From assembly GCA_013239625.1 (NCBI GenBank), contig MU053911.1, positions 695,590-759,589 on the forward strand: 64,000 nt of DNA, given 5' to 3'. The stretch's first letter is position 1. Every line of letters begins with the position of its first letter. Shown piece by piece: positions 38,690 to 49,525 of the stretch. The notes beneath the pieces are model-generated. The model saw nothing but the letters and a program-made list of their open reading frames with translations, was not told the DNA's origin and did not search any database. The position numbers were made by a program, and so were the translations under genes. The stretch is from Lama guanicoe (taxonomy: Eukaryota).

Positions 38690-39770
38690 ACTCTTCTTAC
38701 TTAAATCGAACAGCTAGGAGTTGTCTTTGATTCTCTCCCTTACCTTCACACTGACTCCACCAGCAAATCTTACTGGCTTTGTTCCAAAACACACCTCAAA
38801 CCCAGTCACACATGCACTGTGACCATGGCCATGCTGGGACCGGACCCCATGACCCCAAACCTGGCTCCACCATTGCCTCCCAAGAAGTCCTTTTGCAACC
38901 ACACTTGTCTGCCTCCTTCCCCTGACTGACCATTTGCAGTGCAGGGCAGATCAAATGGCCCTCCTGTAAAGCCTTCCAGAACAACCCCTCCGCACACCTC
39001 CGATGGAGTCCACGCTCGTGCCCTGAGGGTCTGCGGATGCAGCGCCGTGCGCCCCGAGCCCAGCTGTGACACTCTGAGTCAGGGTCCCTCATCTTCACAC
39101 GAACGGGGATGGGGCCAGTGCCCACTGCACAGGCTGCGAGGAAGATGACAGAAGTTCCTGGGGGCAAAACGCTTCGCCTGGTGTCAAACACACACCCCAG
39201 CGAGTGTCTGCATGGCGCCCCCTCCCTCTCCTCTCCCCGCCCTGTCAACCCCCGCCATCACCTGCTCTCTGCACACACTTCCGCTGCCCATCTGCTCTCC
39301 CCCAAGTTCACTCTGGCCTTGGGACTTGCAGACTCATTGTCGCTCCCGCCCCGAACGGTCTTCTAGATCCAGGTGCCGATCCTCACGCTCCTGGCTTCTT
39401 TGTGTCTCAGTGGGCTTGAATGTGCCCACAGACCCCCTCCCCGACCACCCAGCCTGCAGTAGACCGCGCGGTGCGCAGCCTGCACGAGGCCAGGGGTTCC
39501 CTCCTCAGTCTGTAGAGGAGACGGTGTCACTCCCCGTCAAGCAATCCAGTTTTAATTCTCTGGGCAGCACTTACCACAGTCTAATTTTACACAAAAAGGC
39601 GTGCTCATCAGGTTACTAACCTCATACAGAGGGGGAGAGGGAGGGAGAGCGAGGAAAGAGCCCAAACTCCACAGAAGCCAAGACTCTGCCTGTCCTGTCT
39701 TGTCCCCCGATGCACCTTCAAATTCTAGACTAGTGCCTGCTGTGTGCTGAGTGCTTGATAGATCTTTATG
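38690..39770 (+). mobile_element. L2 relic fragments
   Basis: C-rich L2 motifs (ctaggagttgtctttgattctctcc; cagcaaatcttactggcttt; ctagactagtgcctg...gtgcttgata). Confidence 0.6.
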
Positions 39771-42439
39771 TTCTTCTGGCAGCACGTTTTATTTAAGGAT
39801 ACCCTTAAAGACTAATGTCAGTGAAGACTCTGCCATTGAATCTGATGTCTTTGGAAAGCTAACAGCAACGACAGGGCTAACGACTGTACACGTGCTGAAG
39901 GTGTTTCCTCGTGGTGCCCGGTGAAGGTGAACGCGCCACACAGCGTCAGTGCTGCACACGCGTCATCTTTCTGCTTAGGTGCTTTGTAGAAAAATTTGAT
40001 TTAATCCATGAGCTGTATAAAACCTCTCTCTAAACATAGTGTCAACAGACAAATCGATAAACATGTAGCGTACTGCATTCGGGTGTCATTTCATACCTAC
40101 TTCTCTCTCGGCAGTTCAGGGTCTGCACCGCAGTCCCCGGGAAGGCTGACAAGCCGGGGGAATTTGTGAGCCTGGATTCAGTTGCCAATTGTTTTCTCTC
40201 CTTGCAGATGTGAATCAGCTGAGGTGTGAAGTCACCCTCATACTTTGGCACATTAATGAGGTGCTTGGTTGGACGATTTCTAAAAAAAAATAAGCAGGGA
40301 ATTAAACTCTGGGACAGCTTGCAGTGCAGCTGGAAACAGCGGTCTCTGATGAGCAAGCTGGCCAAACACCGAAATTCAGCCAGGCTCTGAAGAGCGGCCC
40401 TGCTCCAGCGGTCCACGGCACTGCCCCTCTGATGTCCTCTCTGAGGTCAGGAGCCGGGACACACTCGAGTCATGTGAATACTGCCTGTCAAGACTGACAA
40501 GGAGCTAAGTTTAAAACCACATGCCTACTTGGAAAGGAAATTAAGAGACAGCCTGAAGTGCGTTACAGGAGGTTATTATTTATTTGTAAGTGAAAGTCCA
40601 GCCATTTCAGTCTCAGAATTGTCTTGAGCAATAAGCAGTGATGCTCTGAAGGTACCTGGCACACAGTAAGTGAAGTTTGTGTGTTAATACAAGACCAAGA
40701 ACTACACTGCAAGCATCTCAAAGGGTGCATAGAAATCAAGATTTAATGAGCTGCTAACCAAAAACAGCTTCGTCTATGAACGCTTTATAGATTTTTACAG
40801 AGACGTTAATGCTTTGTAAATCTCAAGATGGGCCCATACCTTCTGTAAAAGAGAAATTTCCCTACTTTCTATGAGATGAACATCTTTCTCCAACAAGAGA
40901 CCCTTAGAAAACTTCTCGGGTCTTGATAACTGCTTTCAGAAACAGCCAACCAAAAGGTGCAGATTGCAAGGAAATTGGGCCACACGCACTCACATCCCGG
41001 GCACCAAAGTAGTGAACACAGAACAAACAAAATGCAACCGACATGAGATTTTTAAAAATATACCAGAAACAAGGAGGGCCCTTTTCACCTTTCAGTTACA
41101 CACATGACAAGGGTGCTAGCATTTCAGAGTTTCATCAGAGTTAGGAAGGCCTTCTTGGTAAGCCCTTTTTAATTTTTTTTTAAACACTTCCACATGTAAA
41201 AATCAGTCTGAAAGCAAGAGTTGAGGACAGTGTGGAACATTCCTTGAATCCATAATACTTTTAAGTTATGAATTTTGACAAGTTTAAATATAAGCAAACA
41301 CCTAAAAATGTATTGAATAATTTAGTTCCAGTTATTTTTGCAGAACATCATTTGGATGATTATGTTTGAAGCTTATTAAAAACAAACTAATGGCACTTTT
41401 ACTGTCTATACGAATGCACAGTCTTCTTCTGAAACCAAAATTTCACAGTAATGCTTTGTCACAGACTTCGTTTCCGAGCTGAAGATGGGTGCTGGCCAGG
41501 AGGGCTGGTCCAGGAGAGTGAAGATGCTGCTGAGGGGCAGGGGGACAGGTGTCTCCTGTGGACGAGAAGCACCTGCAGAGGTCTCAGATGTGCTGGTCCT
41601 GGTTCTCAGGAGCCGTTTCTTCCTCTTTCGAAATTAAGAATTCCTATGACCTGGTTAAGCAAATACCCCGTGGAAGGATAGTTTATATTTCATGAGGAAA
41701 CGCAGGGGAAAATAATACGCACCTTGTCTTTCTATGACTAATGCAAAAATCTAATCACCGACTCCATTCCGCAGCCCACGCTGGGCTGAAACAGCTCGAG
41801 CCTGTCTGCCGGGCAGAAAGGCTTACTGTCCCTCCTGAGAAGCGATTAACTGCGAGGCAGACCCAGGTGAAGTGCAGTTCTGTCTTCTGTCCTCAGTGCA
41901 GCCATTTTTCTCCTCTAATCGTGCCCTTCCGCTCAAGCAGGATGAAACCTGGATCTTTGCCTTGAGCACAGGCTCGAATTCTGGGACCCCGTCCTACTGC
42001 AGGGGTGAGCTCCCCCACAGCGGCCCTGAGAGCCATCAGCCCCACCGTCCAAGAGCAGGAGAGGGCGGCGGGAGTTTACCCCACTCCCCAGGCTCTGGGT
42101 TGCTCCCTGAGCCGCCTCCTTTACTTACTCAACACACCCTCCTGGACTAGTCAACACTGAAAGTTAACGTGGCCCCGACAGCCCAGAGGCACCCAACCAG
42201 CTGGACTCAGAGTGTGGCACGCGCTCCCCCGGCCGGCACGGCCCCAGCTGCCGCTCCCGGGCACCCGGAAGGAGCAGCTGAGAGCGGCAGGCTCCAGCCA
42301 GTTGACCGGAAGGAATCCTCTTCTGCCAAGATGCCTTTCTCTTCCGAAATGGTAGTTGGGTTCTAAGAAGTAGAAACGTGCATTTACTGAACAGGATTAT
42401 AAAAGTAAACCTGTTGGTTTTCAACAGGTGGTTCTGCAA

Positions 42440-44690
42440 CAATTGTGCAAAAAACAAAAAAAACAAAAAACAAAAAAAGCCTAGACATAGATCTTATGCC
42501 TTTCACAAAAATTAACTCCAGACGGATCACAGAGGTGGAAGACAATGCAGAACAGCAAAGCTTCGGGAAGAGAACATAGGAGAAAACGCAGGTGCCCGTG
42601 TGCTTGGTCACACACTGGGAGGAAAGAGTCGTGAAGCATGCATCTGACAAAGGGCTCGTGTCCAAAATATACAAAGAATCCACACAAAACCCTGCACATG
42701 ATTGTTACAGCAGCTTTCTTCCCAGTCACCAAAACCGGGAGTAACCAGGGTGTTCTTCAGCGGGTGAATGGATCAGCTAACTCTGCGCCTCCGTGTAAGG
42801 GGCATGGCTCAGCTGTAGAGATAACTGAGGTCGCAAGTCATGAAAACACAGGGAGGAGTCTTAAATTCGTATGATGAACAAAAGAAGCCAGTCTGGAAAA
42901 GGATAATGCCATGTTATTTCAATTCAGCTGCATTTCAAAAAAGGCAAAACTACAGCAACAGTTAGAAGACCAGCAGGTGCCGTGAGTGTGGAGGAAGAGG
43001 TGAAGCTCTGAGAAGGTGCCCGCCGGGAACACTCCAGGCCAGAACGGTTCTGTGCGATAATGTAATTCTAGAACGTGGTGCTTATCAAAGCCCACAGATG
43101 TTTACAGCACTAAGTGTGACCTTAATGCGTCTAATTTTTAAAAATTGCTCAGGAGTTTGGTGGATACCAGGATAGAATATGAAAGGGGGGGAAACACTAT
43201 TACAAATGAATGAAACTACTTCAGTGAGGGGGCTGGGGGCAGAGGCACCGACCCCAGTGACTCTGGAAGCACGCGGGCTGGGTGAGATGGGAGGCCGAGG
43301 GAGCGGCCCCTCAGCCCTGGGCTCTCACGGGGGTTTCCCACCGGGCCTGGCTCACAGCTGACACCGCCACGCGTGTGCACTGGCGCTGAACGGTGAATCA
43401 GTGAGCGGTGGTGGTGGGAGCCAGCGCCCCCACAGGGGCGGAGTCTACAGGTAAGCTGAGGGAGGAGGTTGTAACGATCCCCGTGGCAACAGCCCCGAGT
43501 CAGAGACATAGGAGTGAAGTCGTATTTACCTGAATGTGGACACACGTGGCCCTATACACGGATATTCATAAGTATACGGGCACCAGCAGTTAGTACAGAC
43601 ATGCTTCCTTCCTCTGCCACCTCGGGGCCCTGGAGCGACAGTGCACAGTGCAGTGAGCACACCTGGTACCCAGCCTGCTTCCGAGTACCATTTTCCAATG
43701 AAAGGATCCAGTGATACTTGCAGAAGTTTCTGGTTCTAGGACCGAGGCAGGAAACATAAGATGAGTCGAGTATCCTGAACTGCCATAAAGTAAGGGGCGT
43801 CCAGAGTAAACTGAGGGCCAGGGAACATCCAAGACGCAGGAAGCCAGCCTGCAGAGCTCCAGCGGCCACAGCTCTGCAATCTGAGCGGAAGTTGTTCAGA
43901 CTGTTCCTGCTCTTGGATTATAACTCAAAGTGTAAAATGAATATCTGAGTCCATTTTGATAGAAATACATGATTTAATAAATAGATGAGATAGAAGAAAC
44001 ACACCTCCCAGGCAGAATTCCAAGTAATTTACACGGACACCCTGCTCCGGAGGAGGCAGTGCGTCACATCCTGCTACTGAAGGCGTGTCGTGACTTCCGC
44101 CAAAGGGGGGAAGGAAAAGAAGAGGAACTCTGCGGTGGACGAACACGACAGACGTGACCTCAGCCAGGTGATGGAGGTCAACATGACCATGATTAGTCAT
44201 GTTGACAGTATGCGCCCAGGATGGGAGGTGATGAAATGGCACCTTACCCCTGTGACCGTCCTCCCAAAAGCTGTAACCCTGGGCTAATCATGAGAAAAAC
44301 TAACAGACAAACCCCATTTGAGAAGCAGCCTCCAAAATACCTGACCTGTGCTCCTCAAAACTGTCAAGATCATCTCAACAGGGAAAGTGAGAAACTGTCA
44401 CAGCCAAGGGGAGCCTAAGGAGACGTGACAACCAGGCATGACGCGGCGTCCTGGATGGGATTCTGGGACAGAAAAAGAACATTAGATGAAAACTGAGAAA
44501 ATCTGAATGAGATGGTCTTTAGATAACACTAATACGTCGGTGTTGATTGGTTCATTGTAATAAATGCACCAAACTTAGGTAGGACATCATTACTAGAGGA
44601 AACTGGGCTCCAGGTGCCTGGGAGCCCTCTGTGCTAGCCTCACAGTTTTCCTGCAAATCTGAAACTGCTCTAAAAACAAGTCATTAAAAA
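42440..44690 (+). mobile_element. L1MC-like 3' region (ORF2 end plus long 3'UTR)
   Basis: cacaaaaattaactc, catctgacaaagggctcgtgtccaaaatatac, aaaaggcaaaactac, and the L1MC 3'UTR block ctaatcatgagaaaaac...ctcctcaaaactgtcaag...ggagcctaaggagacgtgacaac...ggacagaaaaagaacattag. Confidence 0.8.
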
Positions 44691-45416
44691 ATGCCTTGTC
44701 ATCTACTTACATGTTACTCTAAATTTTATCCCAAGCGTTCCATTGTAGTAATAACGATTACTATCCAAAATTCTATTTTGAAATATTATTTACTTTAAGG
44801 AGTCAATCATGCCAACTAATTAATTCATCGTTCTCCCAATTTCTTTTAGGATATCATTTTTAAAAAATCATTTCAAAAGAAAATCTGAAAATGCCACTTA
44901 TCTGAGGGGTTACCTGCCTGGTATAAATGGAAGAGAATTTCTCAGACCAACCATATACAAAAGTGAATTTTTTTAGTGGTTCTCGCTGACTGTGTATTTC
45001 CCATGCTCTAATGCTATCTAGTATTGTTTCACAAATTTAAATGCCAAAATAACATAAAATAGAATAAACTAAAGTACCAGAAGCCTGAGCAAATACTTGA
45101 GTTTACTGAATCGGCGCTGCCGTCAGACAAGACCACGTCTGAAGCAGGCCAGCAGACAGTGGCCTGCCCCGCCTCACCCCGCCTCTGCAGAAGGCAGTCC
45201 GAGCCCTCCGCATGCAGTCAGCCCTCACTCAAGGTCCTGCTTCAAGTCTGAACTCAATCCTTTCTGCTGCCGCTCGGTTTCACTGCTTCCTTTTACTTTT
45301 TTCACATAAAGGCACAAAACAGTTACTGGCCATTTCCTGTGTGGCAACCATGCATGTGTACATATGAAGATTGTCATTAAATAACCATTCTCTTAGGAGT
45401 AAATGAGTCTAGTCTC

Positions 45417-48400
45417 TTTAATCTTTTCAGTTCAAGGCGAATCCCTTTGTCTTCTTGTGGGTGGTTATTATCTGCACATTCTTCTCATTCGCTGTAGTCT
45501 TGTCTTCAGTCCAGCACCAAAGATTTACACTTGAGAGTGAAGACAATGTATCTGGAAACCCCTGTGTGATCTTGAAGGAAAAATGGTCTGTGAAAAGAAT
45601 AAGGTTACCTAACTTTATCACTGAGGAGGAATTTTACAGAAAGCATTTCCAATTAGAATTTTAACCTCCCTTTTGCGCATTTGGATACAACAGAGAATGC
45701 AAAATCTGGTCGAATATAACTTTTCAAAGAGCATGTCCTCCATGCGACTGAAGATACAGGCTATTTACTGGGACCCTAGTTCAACGGGTTGGTCGGCCAG
45801 TTTATTTCTATATAAAGAAGTCATGGAAAGGAATGCTTGCTATCTCGCCATCCTGGCAGCTCCAGTTTCAGGCACTGAGGTTCCTCGGCGTCTGCAGCCA
45901 CACAGCTTTCTGAGCCAGATTTACTGCTTTTGCCCAATGGGAGACACGTCTGCCCAACCCTGGGCTCTGCAGGGGTCCTCCCCTCAGGAAGGCTTGGTCC
46001 CTGGGCCTCCGGGAGGAGGATTAACTCACTGCTTTCCTCCCTGGTCACACACTCTTAGCACAGGCCTGGCATCCCCTATGGACTCGGAATAAACGCAAGT
46101 GCTTTTTGAAAAAGGAATTTGCAGGTTACAAATTCGAGGCCTTGGTACCATGGTAGAAAGAATTATTTTTTCATTCCAATTTGTAAATGAGGATTTTTTT
46201 CTGACATTTACTCTGCTTGTAATTTGGAATTTATTTTAACCGCCTGCAGGCCTTGTGTCCTGGGAGGGTCACCGGAAGTGAAGCTGAGCTTCCCAGGGTC
46301 GGCTTTGCATGGGGTCACACTTCGCCAGCTTACAAAACCACATTTTAACCTGGTGGTCAAGGCAGTCACTGCTCTGGCCTTTGCCCATCCCTTCCCCTCC
46401 CCCACACAAGGCCCGCTGACCCCACACTCCTACCTGAGAGCTCCCCACCCCCGCCAGAGGCCCTGCCTTCCCTCCTCTGCCCCCAGCTCCTCCCCTCCCT
46501 TCCTCTCAGCCCTGGAGCAGAGCCTTGGCCTCTCTCAGCCATAGCGCCTTAGCACCTCACCTTGCAGCTGAACACGCCCCCACCTGGTCCACCGCCTACT
46601 GATTCACTGACTGACACACCAGAGCCAGTGCGACCAGTGCTGTGACGTGTGTGTGGCTGTTGTGAATGATAGGTATTGCAGCCACATCAGTGCATAAAGG
46701 ACACTGCAGCCATCAGGTCATCGCCGCTACTGCCACCCCGGACGGTGAGCGGAGGGAACTCAGGACGCAGACCAGCAGGAGCCCCAGCCTCTGCTGCCGC
46801 CCCCAGCCATGACCCCTGAGGGGACTCAGGATGTGGAAGAACAGGACACTGGCCCTAGAGAGCTCGGTGTGCCTCAAAGGAATGATCTCAGTGGGCCCAG
46901 ACTTGCCCAGCCATAGAAGAGAGCTAAATTCCTTAACTTGAGATGTCTGGTTTTCTTCCATTAACAGTAATCTTTTGATGTTCTGACTACCTAGTCTTTG
47001 TTGCAAAAACTTCTATATATCCTGACTCCGCCCTTGCCTGGGTGGACAGTCTCTTCGTGGGATTTGAGAGGCTGCCTCCGGGGGCTTGAGTACTCAGAAA
47101 GTCTACTGAATAAAGTCGCAACTTTTAGGTTGTGCATTTTATTTCAGTTGACACTGTGAACAACAGAGAAGCAAGCACGGGACACGTGGACGTAACACCA
47201 AGGGCCCAGGAGCGTGCCTGACCCAACCCGCGAATTAGGGATGTCACCAGCCTCCTCCTGGGCTTGGTTAAAATGCCTGAAGACACGACCCACGTCACAA
47301 GGACCCTGCGGGTCCTCTGAACATGGCGTCTCCGAGGATGATAATTACCTTCTTCAGTTCTCAAAGACTGCAGTTGGGGAGAAGCCAAGGAATCGTGCTG
47401 GGCCTGGGGAGGAAGTGCTTCAGAACAGCAGTCCCTGGCCTCTGCTTTCCAGCATTTACCTGTAAAGCAGGTGAAGCTGAGGTCATGTCTTCAGATCTAC
47501 AAAATGCTCTTGCTAACTCGTCAGAGGTAATGGAGATAAATTTGACATTTGTCACAAGAGACATCTGGACACCTAAACTTGTCATAAAGCCTCACCACAA
47601 ACTTCCTCTTTCAAGAATGTTCCTTTTCAAGAATGGTTGCCTTTTTTAAGAAAATCGAATCTCCCTCAAATCCTTCCGCACTTGGACCTACTCAGACCAG
47701 GATGGGCGAGCCCACACCTCGGGTGAAGCAGCAAGCCTGCCAGGAGGGTGCTTGTTAGACGATGCTCAGACTTTGTTAAAGGTATATTCAGGGTTCATCT
47801 TTGGATTTTCAGTATATCTGAATCCTCCTGATGGAAGGGACAGATCACCAGCCATGGCTTATTGACAACATTCTCCATAAGGTGGCCCATGAAGGGAGTT
47901 ATTGAAAGAAGAACAAACAGCTGTGGCGCCAGCAGCCCAGACCTCTGCTTTGGGGCTGGATTGCAGCTTCAATCTCATGCCTCGAGAAGCTTGGTCAGTA
48001 GAAAGGAACCCAGTGCGGCAGCTTGGTCACATCCCCACTCTCAGGAGCTGTGTGTGGGACTGTGGCGCGCGTGGCAGGAGCCCTGCTTTAGAAATGCAGG
48101 CCACTTCTGTGCAGAGGACCAAAGTGGTAACAGGGAGCATCGCCCGAATCAGACTTACGTCTTTTGACAAAGAGACTGCACTTTTCAAACTGTGCGAAGG
48201 CATCCTCTTAAGGGCATCTAAACCACCTGCCTTCTGCTGCTCTGCTGCCTGTCGCAGAGGGTCCTCTGACTCAAGAAAGAAACATTTCCATTTTATAAAT
48301 AGAAAGGGCATAACAAATATATTTTGCCTAAAGAAAAATATTAATGAGATAAATAACCCGAATTTTGGTAAAGTGTCAGCCCAGATTTGTTCATCACTGT

Positions 48401-48600
48401 CAGTATGAGTCAGTCACGCAGGAATGTGAAGTTAGGAACAGCTTGAGGCTGTTGCTAAATTGGGGTCATAAAGGATGTCTTCCCACTCAGGGTCTATATT
48501 TCCAAGTAAAGAAGCAGGATGAATTCCTCTACGCTGTAGAAAAGAAAGGCTGAACGTTACCTGGAGGAAGCTCCCCGTTTGTGCTTTGCTTTAGCTGCAC
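45417..48600 (-). other. Candidate spliced transcript (lncRNA or micro-ORF): exons ~48600-48561, 48327-48159, 47459-47349, 45587-~45400
   Basis: Minus-strand donors CAG|GTAACG, GAC|GTAAGT, AAG|GTAATT. Acceptors atttttctttAG, cacctgctttacAG, ccttattcttttcacAG. ATTAAA at 45422-45417. No homology recognised. Confidence 0.3.
46661..47153 (+). mobile_element. Solo LTR, ERV1-class
   Basis: TGTGAA...GTTGACA termini, perfect 4-bp TSD CTGT (46657-46660, 47154-47157), TATATA at 47014, AATAAA at 47109. Confidence 0.9.
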
Positions 48601-48729
48601 CCACCGCCCCTCCCTCCCTGGCCTCCGCTGCCTCCGGAAGTAACTACCCTGCTCCACAGACAGAAAGCCCCATGGTGACCTCACCCTGAGCCCAGTCGCT
48701 CCATCTGGAGTCCTGGATCTCCCAGGTGA

Positions 48730-48900
48730 CTCTGAGACAGAGAGCGAGTCGCTGAACTTCCCTGTGCCTCAGCTATCGTTGCCTGTAAAATGGAGACAGT
48801 GCTAACGACCTCAGCGCCTTTGTAAGAAACAGTGAGGTATAAAGTGCTCAAGGGAACACCCAGCACGGGGGTCCGTAAAGATGAGCGATGCTAACAGAAA
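48730..48900 (+). mobile_element. MIR relic
   Basis: ccctgtgcctcagctatcgttgcctgtaaaatggagacagtg...taaagtgctcaaggga. Confidence 0.65.
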
Positions 48901-49308
48901 CGCCCCAAGCATTTGCTCTAAGCCCAATCTACAGAACACAGCGCTCACACCCTGGGTTTCAGGTCTGACCGCCTCAGACATCGTGAGGGACCATGTGGAG
49001 AGTGTCTTTAAAGCCATCCAGCCTGGTGCCTAAAATCACGTTTTTTGTGAAACAAACCACCTCGCATTTGCTCCTGGCAGTGAAAAGTCTTCATGGTAAG
49101 ATTTTTCACAAATCTACAGAACCTGCCACGTGTTTATGAAATACATGATTTATAATATATTTATTAACCTTTGTATCTAAAATATTTTAATAATATTTTT
49201 GTTTTACTATTTGGGAACATAGTCTCTTGATCAGTATATTCAACGAAAGTATCTTTTTTTGCTTGAACTTTTTCAATTTTTAACTCTATTTTCAGTATCT
49301 TTAAAAGA

Positions 49309-49525
49309 TTTTTTATTATTGAAGAGTAGTCATTTCACAATGTGTCAATTTCTGTTGTACAGCATAATGTTTCAGTGATACATAAACATATGTATATTCC
49401 TTTTCACAGTCTTTTTCGTTATAGGTTACTACAAGATCCTGAATATAGTTCCCTGTGTTACACAGTCGGACCTTGCTGTTTATCTATTTTATACACAGTA
49501 ATTAGTATCTGCAGATTCCAAACTC
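49309..49525 (-). mobile_element. Short L1 3' end
   Basis: ttattgaagagtagtcatttcacaatgtgtcaatttctg...gaatatagttccctgtg...tagtatctgcagattccaaactc. Confidence 0.9.

Noticed and set aside
46575..46592. CTCF-like motifs here and near 25780 and 43425
   Set aside because: Each has at least two mismatches at informative core positions, as expected by chance in GC-rich DNA.
48534..48560. Intron between the minus-strand donor at 48560 and the acceptor at 48534
   Set aside because: 27 nt is too short for a mammalian spliceosomal intron.
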